The translations under genes were made by a program, and so were the position numbers. Positions 1-11,905 of a stretch of DNA of 64,000 nucleotides are shown here, piece after piece. Positions within the stretch are counted from its first letter, which is position 1. Each line of letters starts with the position of its first letter. Source of the DNA: Botryllus schlosseri (Eukaryota); assembly GCA_051294905.1 (NCBI GenBank), contig CM119382.1:10602001-10666000 (forward strand), in the 5' to 3' direction. The notes beneath the pieces are model-generated. The model worked only from the letters and a program-made list of their open reading frames with translations. It was not told the DNA's origin and did not search any database.

Positions 1-373
1 ACTTCAACAACCGAGCTAATCTATCGCCAATTTCATCAATCAATAAGAGATTCCGCATTCAACATTATCATTTGTGAAATCTGTTATGATACCCGACTCG
101 AGGTCGCGTTGTTATGTGAGCGCGAAACGGCAATATTTCTGGCTGTATTGTAACTTGATCACACTGCTCACTTTTGGTAATTAAGGGCAAGTTATGTCTG
201 TTTCTGCTGTTATCTCAGCTTACCAGTTGTGGGCTATATCGTAATAATACAACTGGGTTATGTGGAGGAGTTACGGGCCGAAATGAAAAAGATCGGAACG
301 TCGGACGGGCGTTACATCGAACTGAATCATGTCACAAGTTATCACGATATATCCGATTCCGACTGCATATATT

Positions 374-525
374 TGTGGTATTGTGATGTGCATCATGTGA
401 ACCATTGCACAAAGTAGTGTATGGCGGCGGCCTTTGGTCGGGGGAGAGCTGTGGGGGAGTGTGCGCGTGCTATGTCAGTTGTCGTCGTTGTTTTCTGCTT
501 TTGAATGAATACATCTTCAATTACA
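374..525 (+). repeat. 5' LTR of element 1 (152 bp)
   Basis: Direct repeat of 3542-3702 with TG...CA ends. Confidence 0.93.
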
Positions 526-868
526 AGCTATCGCGGCCAAGATGGCAAACGTAAAGTTGACGGACATCGTTAAGAATTATGTGGATTGGGAGACGTCAGG
601 CGACTTTGCTAAATGGATAGAGAAATTGGAATTGGTTGCCGAACTGAAAAAGATGGAGTCTCTTGTGACTACATTACCGTTATTGCTCGAAGGCCCGGCA
701 TTTGCGGTGTATAAACAATTGTCCGAGGATATCAGAAAAGACTACGAACTGCTTAAAGGAGAAATGTTGGCAGCTTTTTGAGTGGATTGCTATGTGGCAT
801 ATGAACAGTTCCGTAACAGGGTACTTCAAGCGGGGGAATCAGTTGATGTATTCTTGTCTGATTTGAAG

Positions 869-1132
869 AGAGAGAGAGAGAGAGATATGATATTCTTTCT
901 CGCCTGCACCATCGAGATGCTTTGGCGACGGAGTTGCGATACGGCCCCATGAGGTCATCTAGTCTGCGCCCCCGTTTTTTTTTCTCCTCCATGCTATCCG
1001 TGATTGCTGAGCGCCTAGCAGGATAGCCGCGGATACCATTTTTCGAGTCTTTGGTATGACCCGGCCGGGGATCGAACCCACGACCTACCGCTCGAGAAGC
1101 CGGACGCATAACCATTACACTATCTCGCTCGG
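869..1132 (-). mobile_element. tRNA-derived SINE, copy 1, inserted in gag
   Basis: Minus strand shows A box TAGTGTAATGG, B box GGTTCGATCCC, body GGGTCATACCAAAGACTCGAAAAATGGTA (recalled as MetaSINE-like, not verified) and a (TC)n tail. It interrupts gag at DLKR|LETL. Confidence 0.88.
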
Positions 1133-1571
1133 AGGCTGGAAACGTTGATAGGGTTGAGCGGGGCTGCGGCAGAGCCAATAATCAAGTGTGCATTCGTTGC
1201 TGGTCTGCATGCGGATGTCAAGATACAGCTTAAGTCTGTCGCCGAGGCGGAGAAATTGGAGTTAAGTGCTATTGCAAAAAGGGCACGTATATTATTATCC
1301 ACAAGAGATGGTGAAAGTGTGTTCTGTGCGGCTGGGGCTCGACGTAGATTGGACGGCCCCTGTTTCAGGTGTCATAATGTGGGTCACATCGCCAGAGACT
1401 GCCCGAATGGAAATAATACTGGTGCTGTACGAACCCAAGGATTTTAGGACAGTGTCCAGCGGCAGTGCTTTGCATGGGGACGTATGGCCTGGCAATGTAG
1501 AGGATTGCCGGCTGCAGGAAAAGACCTAGGAGGGACGTTGGCACCGGACGTCCCCTCCGCATCGCACTAGG

Positions 1572-1831
1572 GGGAAGAGAGAGAGATATGATATTCTTTT
1601 TCGCCTGCACCATCGAGATGCTTTGACGACGGAGTTGCGATACGGCCCCATGAGGTCATCTAGTCTGCGCCCCCGTTTTTTTCTCCTCCATACTATCCGT
1701 GATTGCTGAGCGCCTAGCAGGATAGCTGCGGATACCAATTTTCGAGTCTTTGGTATGACCCGGCCGGGGATCGAACCCACGACCTACCGCTCGAGAAGCC
1801 GGACGCATAACCATTACACTATCTCGCTCGG
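1572..1831 (-). mobile_element. tRNA-derived SINE, copy 2, inserted at the gag/protease junction
   Basis: About 98% identical to 869-1132 (5 substitutions and a poly-T length change). TAGG is duplicated at 1568-1571 and 1832-1835. Confidence 0.88.
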
Positions 1832-3541
1832 TAGGTGCTACCATTTGTGCCTGTGGAGATTTGTGGCATTGTGACAAATGGTCTTGTTGACACTGGTTGT
1901 GAACAGTCAGTCATTCGTGAAGACTTGTGTAAGCAATTGGGTTTTACACTTAAAGGACCGTATAGAGTTGTAGAAATTTTAAATGGGGCACTCACTAATT
2001 ACCCAGGGAAGGTTCGGGCCAAGGTGACGATTGATGGTGTTGTAGAGACTGAGTTTTTAGTGGCTTCAGATTTAGTGTATGATGCAAAAATAGTTCTGGG
2101 GGACGATATGGTGAAAGCGCTTGGTGGCGTTGCAGTTGATGCTGAGCTCAACACGAAGTTTGGGCTTCAAGCGATCAAGACTGCATGTGCTTCGACGAAG
2201 GTGGTTTCAGAAAGTCAGCCAGTGGAAATAGTTGACTGCGACTACCAAGCTATGTTTGAAGGGGTGAAGTGGACTGAGAACGATGGCGAGGTGTGGAAAT
2301 GAAAGAGAGATGGAGAACTGCCTGTGGTGGCAGAAACCCTAACCAAAAGAGAGTTATTTTCAGTCTTTGGGAAGTTAATTGGACACTACCCAGTGGCTGG
2401 ATGGTTGAGAGGGGCATGCAGTTATGTGGAAAGACTGACCGACGAAGTTGAATGGGATGCAGTTGTTTCAGGACAAGTGAAGACTCTGGCCGAAGAGATT
2501 ATGGCCAAGGTGCGGAGACAAGATCCAGTCAGTGGGAGTTGGCGAATGTCTCCTGGTGGTCAGGTGGAAGTGTGGTGTGACGCGAGCAATCTGGCGGTAG
2601 GATGCTGCGTGAGAGTAAATGGTGCCGTTGTAGAAGACGCGGCGTGGATGCGGAAGCAGGATGATTTTATGCATATCAATGCTGCGGAGTTGGAAGCTGT
2701 AGTGAAAGGTCTAAGCATGGTGCTGAAGTGGAACATGAAGAACATTGAAGTGGTTACGGACTCGGCTAGTGTGTACAATTGGGTAAAGTCGATACTGGAA
2801 AACAGCCACAGACCAAAAGTGGGTGGGCTAAGCGAGATGATCACAAAACGTCGGTTGGGAACAATCTCGCAGCTCATTGAAGAGAATAGTCTCAAAGTGA
2901 CGATCCGTTTGGTTCCATCAGCCAAAAACATTGCTAACTACTTGACAAGGGTCCCGAAGACCTGGCTGCAGCAGGTGGCAGCATGTAAAGAGAGGATTTC
3001 TCTGAAATCGGGGAATGCGAGGCGTTTCACCCCATGGAGAGAGGGAACCGTGACAGAAATAGTTGCAGACGCTGCGGTAGAAGTGGATGGAAGGAACGAG
3101 CATGTTGCTGATGTCAAGCACATGGTGGGGAAGCGACGGAAGGTTGCTGGTAGTAGTAATGTTCCTTCAAGAACTGTGGAACTGGTGTTCGATGAGGAAA
3201 ATTTGGAGGATAACTGGAGGTATGACGAATTTGAACTGCTGGATGAACCTGAACCGCCTGATGACATCAGTCAAAGAGAAATGGTCTTCAACGAGGGGGG
3301 CAGGGAGTATTACAACCTTGAACCTCCTGATGAGAGTAATCAAACGTAGGATGCCGATCAAGAAGCTGAATGCTCTATTCGAGATCGGGCCCCGCCTAGA
3401 TGGTTGGCCGACTACTGTGTTGATTTATGATTGTCTGTTTTACCTTAGCTGGGGGGGTTCTATGTTTGCTTGCTTGGTTATGTTGCTGTCGTTGGGTCAC
3501 CATTGTAACTGTACGCTTATGATCTTTAGATCAGGGGGGAA

Positions 3542-3702
3542 TGTGGTATTGTGATGTGCATCATGTGAACCATTGCACAAAGTAGTGTATGGCGGCGGCC
3601 TTTGGTCGGGGGAGAAGCGGGAGAGCTGTGGGGGAGTGTGCACGTGCTATGTCAGTTATCGTCGTTGTTTTCTGCTTCTGAATGAATACATCTTCAATTA
3701 CA
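3542..3702 (+). repeat. 3' LTR of element 1 (161 bp)
   Basis: Direct repeat of 374-525 plus a 9-nt insertion; preceded by the PPT and followed by TSD ATATT. Confidence 0.93.
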
Positions 3703-4101
3703 ATATTAACTTATAGAATCTGGTTATGGTACCATATTAAGTCAAGGCCGCTACTTATCTGAATGCGAAATTATAAGATCTCCCGCTGCTGCGTTGACTG
3801 AAATATGATCTGCGTGCACATGATCCGTGTTGCCAATGTCGGAACTTGCTCTCAGTATTTAGAGGCGCGCCTACGAAGAGACGTACTCGGGCTGCTATCG
3901 ATCGCACCGTACGACATTGGTGGTATATTTTAATATAACAGGACTATGTATATGCGTATAGAGTTGTTAACACGAGCGAGATTATCTAATTCTTGTAGTA
4001 GAAGCATTTGTGCATACAATTAGCAAGATAAATAGGGTTTAAATCAGAACATCCTTTGTTGACGTAACACCCCCCTTTATTCTCGTCTGGCTACGCCCCT
4101 G

Positions 4102-4456
4102 ATTCCAACCCGTAGAAGCGAAGTTAATTGAATTTTCCATTAATAATTCTGGGTTTACCCACCATCAATGCTATTTTTGCAAATTTTTTGCCTTCAACTG
4201 CAATAACTTCACTTCTACCAGTTGGAATTGTTATGCATTGTTCTTTTAGGCAACTTAACAATTTTATGGGGTTGACAGTAAAATTTGAAAATTATATTTT
4301 TCATAGTAAATTCAAAAATTTCAATTGGCTCTGCCTCGACTTTACCTGTTTGGAATCGAGCCAAATTTGGTGTGCAGCGTTTTTTAGGCAACCTAACAAT
4401 ATAATCGGTGAATCCCCGGAATCCGAAAAAAAAGTTATTTTTGAACAACCCTAGTG
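4102..4456. mobile_element. Partial MITE related to the foldback element at 58508-59130
   Basis: Shares ATTCCAA...GTAGAAGCG, AAATTTGGTGTGC and the terminal TTATTTTTTGAACAACCCTAGTG|TA with that family. Confidence 0.55.
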
Positions 4457-6084
4457 TACGTACATGCCTTCTCTTTACATCACCTATGCCCGGGTGTGTG
4501 TCTGATTTCAAAGATTACTCTGAGTCGTTTCGTCACCTTCCCATCTGTTCATGGTATCGCAATCTTGTGGTGCATTGATCTGATAAAATGGTTTATAATA
4601 AACTGAACTGAATTGTGAATTTTCGGCAGTTTCCCAAGTCAACCGACTCCCTGATGAGATCGAAATCCCTGAGCTCGTTAGCGAAAGGAACCAGTGGATC
4701 GGTAAGTTTCCACGGAAGTGATTTGATGTTAATACTGCAGGCCGTGTAGAAGTAGGGTCCGGTAAGAAATATACAAACCCCGCAAATTCAATGAAATATT
4801 TCTGCAAAAATGCATGGTCCGTGTAGTGCACTGATGGTAGGTTGGCTCTCAAACAAGAGTGGTGACTACAAAATCTCAGAGTGCATTGTGATAAAGATAC
4901 AATCAGTGCCTGTCATGGTCTTTTAATGGGTATGAGTAGCAATGCTTCCAGTATTTATTTGAGTTATAGAGCGAGACAATATTGTTCACATTACATAGGT
5001 GATTCGGCTTCTCATCATGTCGCAATCTTGTTATATTTCAAATGATAAGATGAATTGCACATGGAATGAGCTATAAACCCAACCAATTGTGATTTATGGC
5101 AGCCGATGTCCTGGTAGCCTATGTTGTTTCACATGTTAAATTTTTCTTGTGTTGTATTTCTGAAGCAAGTGAAGCAAACTGTTCCGAAATCGTTGCAAAG
5201 TTGGCTGTCCACCGGAAACGCACAGGTTACGATCACTGTTGCTGCATGCATCGATTGAATGTTCTACTTTAAAATGGAATTTTATTCCAGAAGAGCAATG
5301 TCGTCTCTAAAAGCTTTGTAATTCCAAAGCCTAACATTCCTACAACATCGTCACCGTGGAAAGGTAGAACGGAAAACTGCGGTGGAAATAACGAAAGGGC
5401 TTCAAAGGTGTGTGAATAGATTTGTGAATTGACCTGAGCTAGGGTTTGGTATAGATATCTATTTAAGAAGAGCAGTTTGAAGTAGCCATTTGAAGGCATA
5501 CCATCACTATTTCAAGTAAGCTGGGACGAGACGTTGTTGACTAGTAGTAGTAGACTAATTGCAGTTGTCAAAACGTCGCGACTAACACAGAATGACCAAT
5601 GACAACGAAAATAAATGCATTATATATTATCTGAAATCTTCATTCAGGATTTGCATCACCCAGTTGCGATGGAAATTGAATTCATGACAGTGATGCGAAT
5701 CGTTACCACACCTACTAATTTCTACTTGACAAAATGGTGACTTGAAAACTGGAAGTGGAAGTAGTTTACAAATGAATCCACTTGAGTAAGTGCTGGAAGT
5801 GGACGACAGTCATCGTGTAGTTTGAAAAATTGAGGTACTTCGTTACTGACCAGCCATAGTTTTGAAAAAAAGGGTTCTGGTTCATTTTATTATTTTATAT
5901 TAAGCAAGACTGTGATACAATGAAAAGATAGGAAGGTGTCGAAACACCTTTGTCGATTCAAAGTGCCAAGAATTTTGTCATATTCTTCAACCGTAATTCG
6001 ATATATTTGTGCAACTGGGTATTGCAACTAAAATATCCGATGTATTCAACTGAATATCTGGATTTCTTTTCCTCGCCGGTGCAG

Positions 6085-7159
6085 ATCCACCTTTCCGAGA
6101 CGCCCTCACCCTGTCCTAAGCTAGCGTCTCCTGCAAAACCGACGGAACTGCTCCATTTCAATGATGTGTACATGTCTCCCGACGATGGTTACCAATACTC
6201 GCCGTATGTAATGCCGGGCACACCTACCGGTGCAGAAGTAGGGAGCTTCCCGAGTTCGTCGGTGAGTGCATTATTTCACATTTGACATTCTCGCTGGTTT
6301 ACTTACAACTTGCATATGCTGTTAACGTTGTTCCTATGTCCGGTACCTCCTGTCCGGAACAAAATCAATGTCTGACAAAATTCTATCAATCTGTAGAAAG
6401 TCGCTAATAGTACAAAATTGTCTGAACTGAAATATGTAGTGAACTTAGTAGCCCACCGATGGTAGGTCGTGGGCTCGATCCCGGCCGGGTCAGACCAAAG
6501 ACTCGAAAACTGGTATCCGCAGCTGTCCTGCTAGGCGCTCATCATCCACGGTTAGCATGGAGGAGAAAAAAACGGGGGTGCAATGCAGACTAGGTGACCT
6601 TACAGTCGTATCGCATCTCTGTTGTCAAAGCATCTCGATGGTGCAGGCAAAGAACAATATCATACCTCTCTCAGACCATCACCCTGACTTTCAATTCGAA
6701 TTGCTGAAATTCAAAATATATCAACTTTACTCGGGACTTATCTGTGTAACCTGTTGAATATAAATCTAATCTTGTCTGCAGCATGCGGCCGATTTTCATA
6801 TGTCCGCCAGTCGTGAGTTTCAATTCGCTGTGCCATCTGCTCCGGCCCCTGGGAAGTCGGCCCGAAAAACTCAAGGAGAGGCCGAAGAGAAACGGTCCGC
6901 CACGCCGTCCAGCTACAAGGAATTATTTCCGTCTCTGTTTTCCGCGGCTGCCGAAAGCGATAACTGTGACGCCGGGCCGAGTGGCTTTCAGTACAGCGGA
7001 GAAGACTCGTCGGCGGGAGGATTTTCATTTTTTGGTCGTGACATGGAAGATAGTGCTTCGGTGGACCAGCCCGGACAGGATGGTTTTGTGTTGTCTATCG
7101 AGGATCACGAGAAAACGCAATACGAAAGTCTTTTCAGTTTCGGCGGGGCTAACAACTAA
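6085..7159 (+). CDS. Last two coding exons (6085-6261, 6782-7159) of an unidentified gene; Ser/Pro-rich then acidic/Phe-Gly C-terminus
   Basis: GC-rich open exons with canonical sites (TGCAG|ATC...TCG|GTGAGT; CTGCAG|CAT) that join in phase 0 and end at TAA 7157-7159. Possible upstream exons at 4630-4701 and 5166-5225 are unconfirmed. Confidence 0.7.
6461..6672 (+). mobile_element. 5'-truncated, older copy of the same SINE family, in the intron of the unidentified gene
   Basis: GGTAGGTCGTGGGCTCGATCCCGGCCGGGTCAGACCAAAGACTCG...GCATCTCGATGGTGCAGGC...CTCTCTC aligns with the copies at 869 and 1572. Confidence 0.85.
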
Positions 7160-7235
7160 TAGCCCAAAGTACATCCCTCACTGATGGAAAGGTCTCTGTT
7201 TGAGCTTGCAATCACAGCTCACAACCATGGCACAT

Positions 7236-7820
7236 ATATATGACTCGAAATTCTCACAATGATAATTTGCTGAATGACAGCAATTATGTACGTGACAGTT
7301 TCTACTGTCAAAGCGGTTTTTGTTATTTCAGAACTAGTACCATAGTTATTTTTTTATTTAATAACAGTTTTTACCTCACAGTTATTGTTTAATAAAAGTT
7401 CTTACTGCTAATTTGTGTGTTAAGGATAGCGGTGATATAATATAGCTGGACGTAACGAATCCACCCAAAATAGTTTTATATGACTCGCAATTCTCACGGT
7501 GAAAATTTGTCTGCTTAATGACAGCAATTATGTGTGTGATAGTGCCCTTCAGTTTTGATATAGAAGTTATATTTGTCACTGCCTAAACGTACTGCGAAAA
7601 GGAGCCCGCTTGATTGACCCAAGCGGCATTGGTCACTTGGTCGGTGATTTTTCTTGGACATCGTATGTTTTCAGTTTTACTGTCAAAGCGGTTTTTGTTA
7701 TTTCAGAAGTGTAGTACCATAGTTATTATTTAATAAAAGTGTTCTTACTGCTGACTTGTGTGTTGAGGATAGCGTTGATATAATATAGCTCGACGTAACG
7801 AATCCACCCGAAATAGTTTT
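7236..7820. repeat. Diverged tandem duplication of a ~240-bp unit (second copy has a ~140-bp insertion)
   Basis: TATATGACTCG..ATTCTCAC, CTGTCAAAGCGGTTTTTGTTATTTCAGAA and GACGTAACGAATCCACCC each occur twice in the same order. Confidence 0.75.
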
Positions 7821-7823
7821 AAG

Positions 7824-8164
7824 TAGGGTTACCAGGCGTCCTCGGATTTGTCCTCTTTTTTGAGAATTCTGGTTAAATATAGGGCAAAATTCGACTGAGA
7901 TGCAGTAATTCAATAGCCTACTGAAGTAACGCTCCGGCGGCTATTACGGGAGCTGAGCAGGAAAGCTGACCTCTTTTTAGTCAATCAACGGATTATATGA
8001 AAGAAAAACTATTTCGGGAGTTGAGCCGGAATGTTGACCTTTTTTAGTCAACCGACCACGAAGTGGGAAAAATTTACCATTTTTTCAGGATTTTCCTCTG
8101 GTATTGTAAGTCCCAAAATGTTCAAAAACTGTCCTCTTCAGATTTCCCAAATATGGTAACCCTA
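7824..8164. mobile_element. MITE with TAGGGTTACCA terminal inverted repeats
   Basis: TAGGGTTACCA...TGGTAACCCTA; internal TTTTTAGTCAA repeats are shared with 16567-16798. No clean TSD. Confidence 0.7.
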
Positions 8165-8327
8165 TTTTAAATGACTAAAATATTGTTGCCGGAAGTACAA
8201 GTATCTTTGGCCATGCGGCATAAGAAAGATGTTGAATGTTTGCTGGCCCACGAGAGGATGAAATTTGAGTTGTAGTGGTAGCGCATAAACCTGTCGGTTG
8301 TTATTATGTTACTCATAGTGATTCGAC

Positions 8328-8481
8328 TGTCAAGATATCTGCTTATTTACAGCGGCGTTTATTATCAAAAGCACAAGCTCAGCTTTATTCAACGAATCCA
8401 CAATAACAATAATAAGCATCCGCCTCCAGCATGTGCCATCGCTGTAGCGAGTAGTCTCTCAGTATGGCTCATATCACTACA
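8328..8481 (-). repeat. 3' LTR of element 2
   Basis: Identical to 12017-12170 by eye. Confidence 0.96.
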
Positions 8482-8491
8482 TCCTCCTCTT

Positions 8492-11400
8492 TCAGTTTTC
8501 GTCATCGTCGATGTAGCGTTTCGGTTTGCGTACAGCTCGGCCGGATCTGGTAGTCTGTATGCTTGTGTTCAAGGCGCTTGAGGATGGTGTGCTGTCTTCT
8601 TGTTCTATCGGTATGGATGTGCTTGACGTGTCCACAACGTTTGTCAAGGTTTGCTCCGTGGCACATGTTTCCACATTTCTCAAGTAGGCCCGATTTCTGA
8701 CAAGCTGTCGTCCTGTTGCCATTTGTACCGTGTATCTTCGGTCACTTTCACGCGATAATATGGTCGCGAGCTTCCAAACTTTATCTTGTTTGTCCAGCAC
8801 CCGTACATTTTGTCCATGGTGCAGTAGTGGAAGTTCTTTAGTGTGCTGATCGGCGTATTTCTTCTGGTTTTCCACTATCCGGTCAACCTTGTCTCTGTAT
8901 ACCTGAGGTGTTGAGATGATATCATGAGTAGGCAGCTTCGTTGTGATGCGGCGGCCAAATAGCAGTTCAGCAGGGCTGGGCAGCACATTGTCGAGAGGTG
9001 TTGCCCGGACATTGAGTAACGCTGCCTGGATATCTCCTCCAGTCTTGATACATTTCTTGATGATAGGTTTGAGATATCCTATCTGTCTTTCGATGAAGCC
9101 ATTGGATCTGCTGTGTCGGGGTGAGCTGGTTGTGTGCGTGATGCCCCATTCATCACAGAATTTGTCGTATTGGCTGAGGTAACAAGGTCCACCGTCACTG
9201 ACTATTTCTTTGACGCTTCCAAATAAGCTCAGGATCCTTTTCGTTTTGTTGACGACGGATTTCGATGTGATCGATCATAATTCTTGCACGATGGGGTATC
9301 TGGAAAAGTAGTCTGAAATGATCAGAAAGTTCCTACCTTTGATCTCGAAAATGTCAGTTCCGAGTTTCACCCAAGGTCTTGGTGGGCGTTCATGCATCTT
9401 CATCGGTTGTTTTGTTTGTTCTGGTAGGAGCTCCTGGCATGATTCGCATGACTTGCAGAGTGTTGAAATGTCGTTGTTGATTCCAGGCCAATATACATAT
9501 TCCCTGGCAAGTCTTCTTGTCTTTTCGATGCCCTGGTGACTCTCATGCAGTTGTTGTAATATATCTGATCGCAGACATGTTGGAACGACTGTCTGATTTC
9601 CTTTGAATATTATGCCGTTTTCAAGGGCTAGCTCATCCCTGTAGTTCCAGTACTCTCGTATGTCCGAAGGTACCTCTTGAATCGTGTCGGGCCAACCAAT
9701 GTGTATGGTTTCGGCAACGGTTTTCAAGATCGGATCTGTGGCAGTTTGCTGTTGTATCTGCGATTGCTTCACACTTGAAAAACACAAGAAGTCAATGGGC
9801 ATATCACTTATGCAGCTGATAGGTACTGTGTTTGCACTGTGGTCGAGAGTTGCAGTCTCGTCTTTTTGGTTTGGTAGACGCGAGAGTGCATCAGCGAGCA
9901 CCATGCCGGGTCCAGGTCTATAGGATACCACAAAGTCGTAGCCTAGTGTTTGCGATATTATTCTCTGTAAGCGAGGGGGTGCACAGTATATCGGTTTTTT
10001 GAATATCATTTCAAGCGGTTTGTGGTCGGTAATGACCTTGAAGTGGCGGCCAAACAGATAATGGTGAAATCTTTTTATGCCATACAGAATTGCTAGGCAC
10101 TCTCGCTCAATATTACTGTAATTTGACTCACTTGGCGTCACAGCTTTGCTTGCGAAAGCGACCACTCGCTCACCTTGAACCAGCGAGCTTCCCAATCCTT
10201 TTAGCGATGCATCCACTTCCAGAGTGACCGGTGAAGTAGGATCGTAGTATTGCAGGATGTGGCTGTCAGTGATTGCTTTCTTGATCTGCTCAAAGGCGTG
10301 CTGGTGATCTTCATTCCAGAGATATGTTATATCCTTTTTGCAGAGGTCTCTCAATGACGCACTTGTTTTCGAAAAGTTTGGAATGTGACAGGCTAGGAAT
10401 TGTGCCATGCCTAAGAATGTTTGTAGGTCCTGCTTGTTTCGTGGTGTCGGCATGCCGGTTATGTCACTGACTTTTGTCGGGTCAGGTTTTACACCATGAT
10501 CAGTCAGGAGTCTTCCGAAGAACGAGATGCAGTTGGTCTTGATGCAACATTTCTTGGAATTGAGCATGAGACCCTCTTTTTTCGCAGTGTACAAGAAGTG
10601 TCTCAGTCGCCTGTCATGTTCGTCATTGTCTTTTCCGTGTATCACAATATCATCAGATATGCCAACACAACCTTCGCATTGGGCAATGATAGCATCCATT
10701 TTGGCTTGGAATATATCCTGTGATACATTGAGCCCGAATGGTAGGCGCAAGAAACAGTATTTGTCGCCAAGGGGGCTTCGAAATGTCGTCAGTTCTTGTG
10801 AGGCTGGTGATAACTTCACACTCCAGTATCCAGATTTAGCATCAAGCTTAGAAAATACTTTTGACTTGCTGAATTCTGGTAGGAGTTCTTCGACTGTAGG
10901 GATCTTGTGTGGATTTCTCTTCAGCGCTTCGTTAAGGCGTCTTGGATCAAGGCAGACTCGCAGTGTCTTATCTGCCTTCATTGCCACAGTGAGCGAAGAG
11001 CACCAGTCAGTATGTTTGGTGACTTTCCGTATAATCCCCAGGGTCTCCATCTTATCGAGATCTTGCTTGATTTGATCCTTAATATGGATTGGGCATTTCC
11101 GCGGAGCATCTTGGAACGGTTCTGCGTTCGTGTGTATGTGCAGAGTTTCTTCACCCTTAAAGTTGCCAATGCCATCAAAGCAGTCTGGAAAACATTTTTT
11201 CAGGTCCTCAATGGTATCCACTCTAGGCGGCGTCTGCTCTGTATGAGGAGCTTTGTCCATGACACTGCATGTGTCCAGATTCAGTGTAACAAGATTGAGT
11301 GCCTCGCAGGTGGGCAGGCCCAGGATGCCGGGACCGTCAGTGTCGACCACATAGAATTTATCCTTACGATACTTCTTGCCATGTGGCCGTTTGATGCGGA

Positions 11401-11905
11401 GACTTATCGATCCAAAGCACTCAATACACGAACCGGAGTAGTTCTTTAGCAAAACATTGGGTTCTGGTTGTAACGGGGTCGGATTGAATTTCCCGAATAT
11501 TTCCTTGAAAAGTCGTCTTGGAAGAGTGTTTGCTCCAGCTCCAGTGTCGACCTTGATCTTCCAGCTCCCAGTCAACTTTGGGTTCATATGCTTGAATTTA
11601 ATCCTGGTGTATGCTTCCTTACCCTGTTTGTTCTTGCAGTCGTTTACAGCTCCAATGGTGATCGATGAAATTGTGTTCGTTTGGTCATCATCACTATCGG
11701 GGTTTTGACAGTCGGTACTGCTGCTATCTGTGTCATACACTTTTACTTCTGATTGTCGAGTATGTCGACTCTTTTGATGTTTCGCTACAGCGATGGCACA
11801 TGCTGGAGGCGGATGCTTATTATTGTTATTGTGGATTCGTTGAATAAAGCTGAGCTTGTGCTTTTGATAATAAACGCCGCTGTAAATAAGCAGATATCTT
11901 GACAT
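8492..11905 (-). pseudogene. pol: pol (protease-RT-RNase H-integrase) with one premature TGA in the integrase core
   Basis: Protease KVDTGAGAN; RT LPFGLNVSQDIFQ and GISDDIVIHG; RNase H EVDASLKGLG, YSNIERECLA, TDHKPL; integrase HESH...CKSC and GTDIF. After TGA at 9277-9275 the same frame continues (VSDGGP, SNGFIER, SPAELLFGR) to the stop at 8492. Confidence 0.92.

Larger units (their letters stand above)
542..3349 (+). pseudogene. Disrupted gag-protease-RNase H-integrase C-terminus reading frame of element 1
   Basis: ORFs 542-781, 1145-1447, 1835-2302 and 2324-3349 all lie in one frame. They are separated by stops (TGA 779, TAG 1445, TAG 1568/1832, TGA 2300) and two SINE insertions. Confidence 0.85.
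374..3702 (+). mobile_element. Internally deleted, non-autonomous LTR retrotransposon (Ty3/gypsy-like order gag-PR-[RT lost]-RNase H-[IN core lost])
   Basis: TG...CA LTRs at 374-525 and 3542-3702 (3 substitutions and one 9-nt indel). 5-bp TSD ATATT at 369-373 and 3703-3707. Polypurine tract AGGGGGAA immediately before the 3' LTR. Gag motif GESVDVFLSDLKR and zinc knuckle CFRCHNVGHIARDC; protease LVDTGCEQSV; RNase H VWCDAS...HINAAELEA...VTDS. No YxDD RT motif and no DDE core are visible. Confidence 0.93.

Noticed and set aside
753-1877. Minus-strand ORFs MVMRPASRAVGRGFDPRPG...
   Set aside because: Translations of the two SINE copies, with no protein motif.
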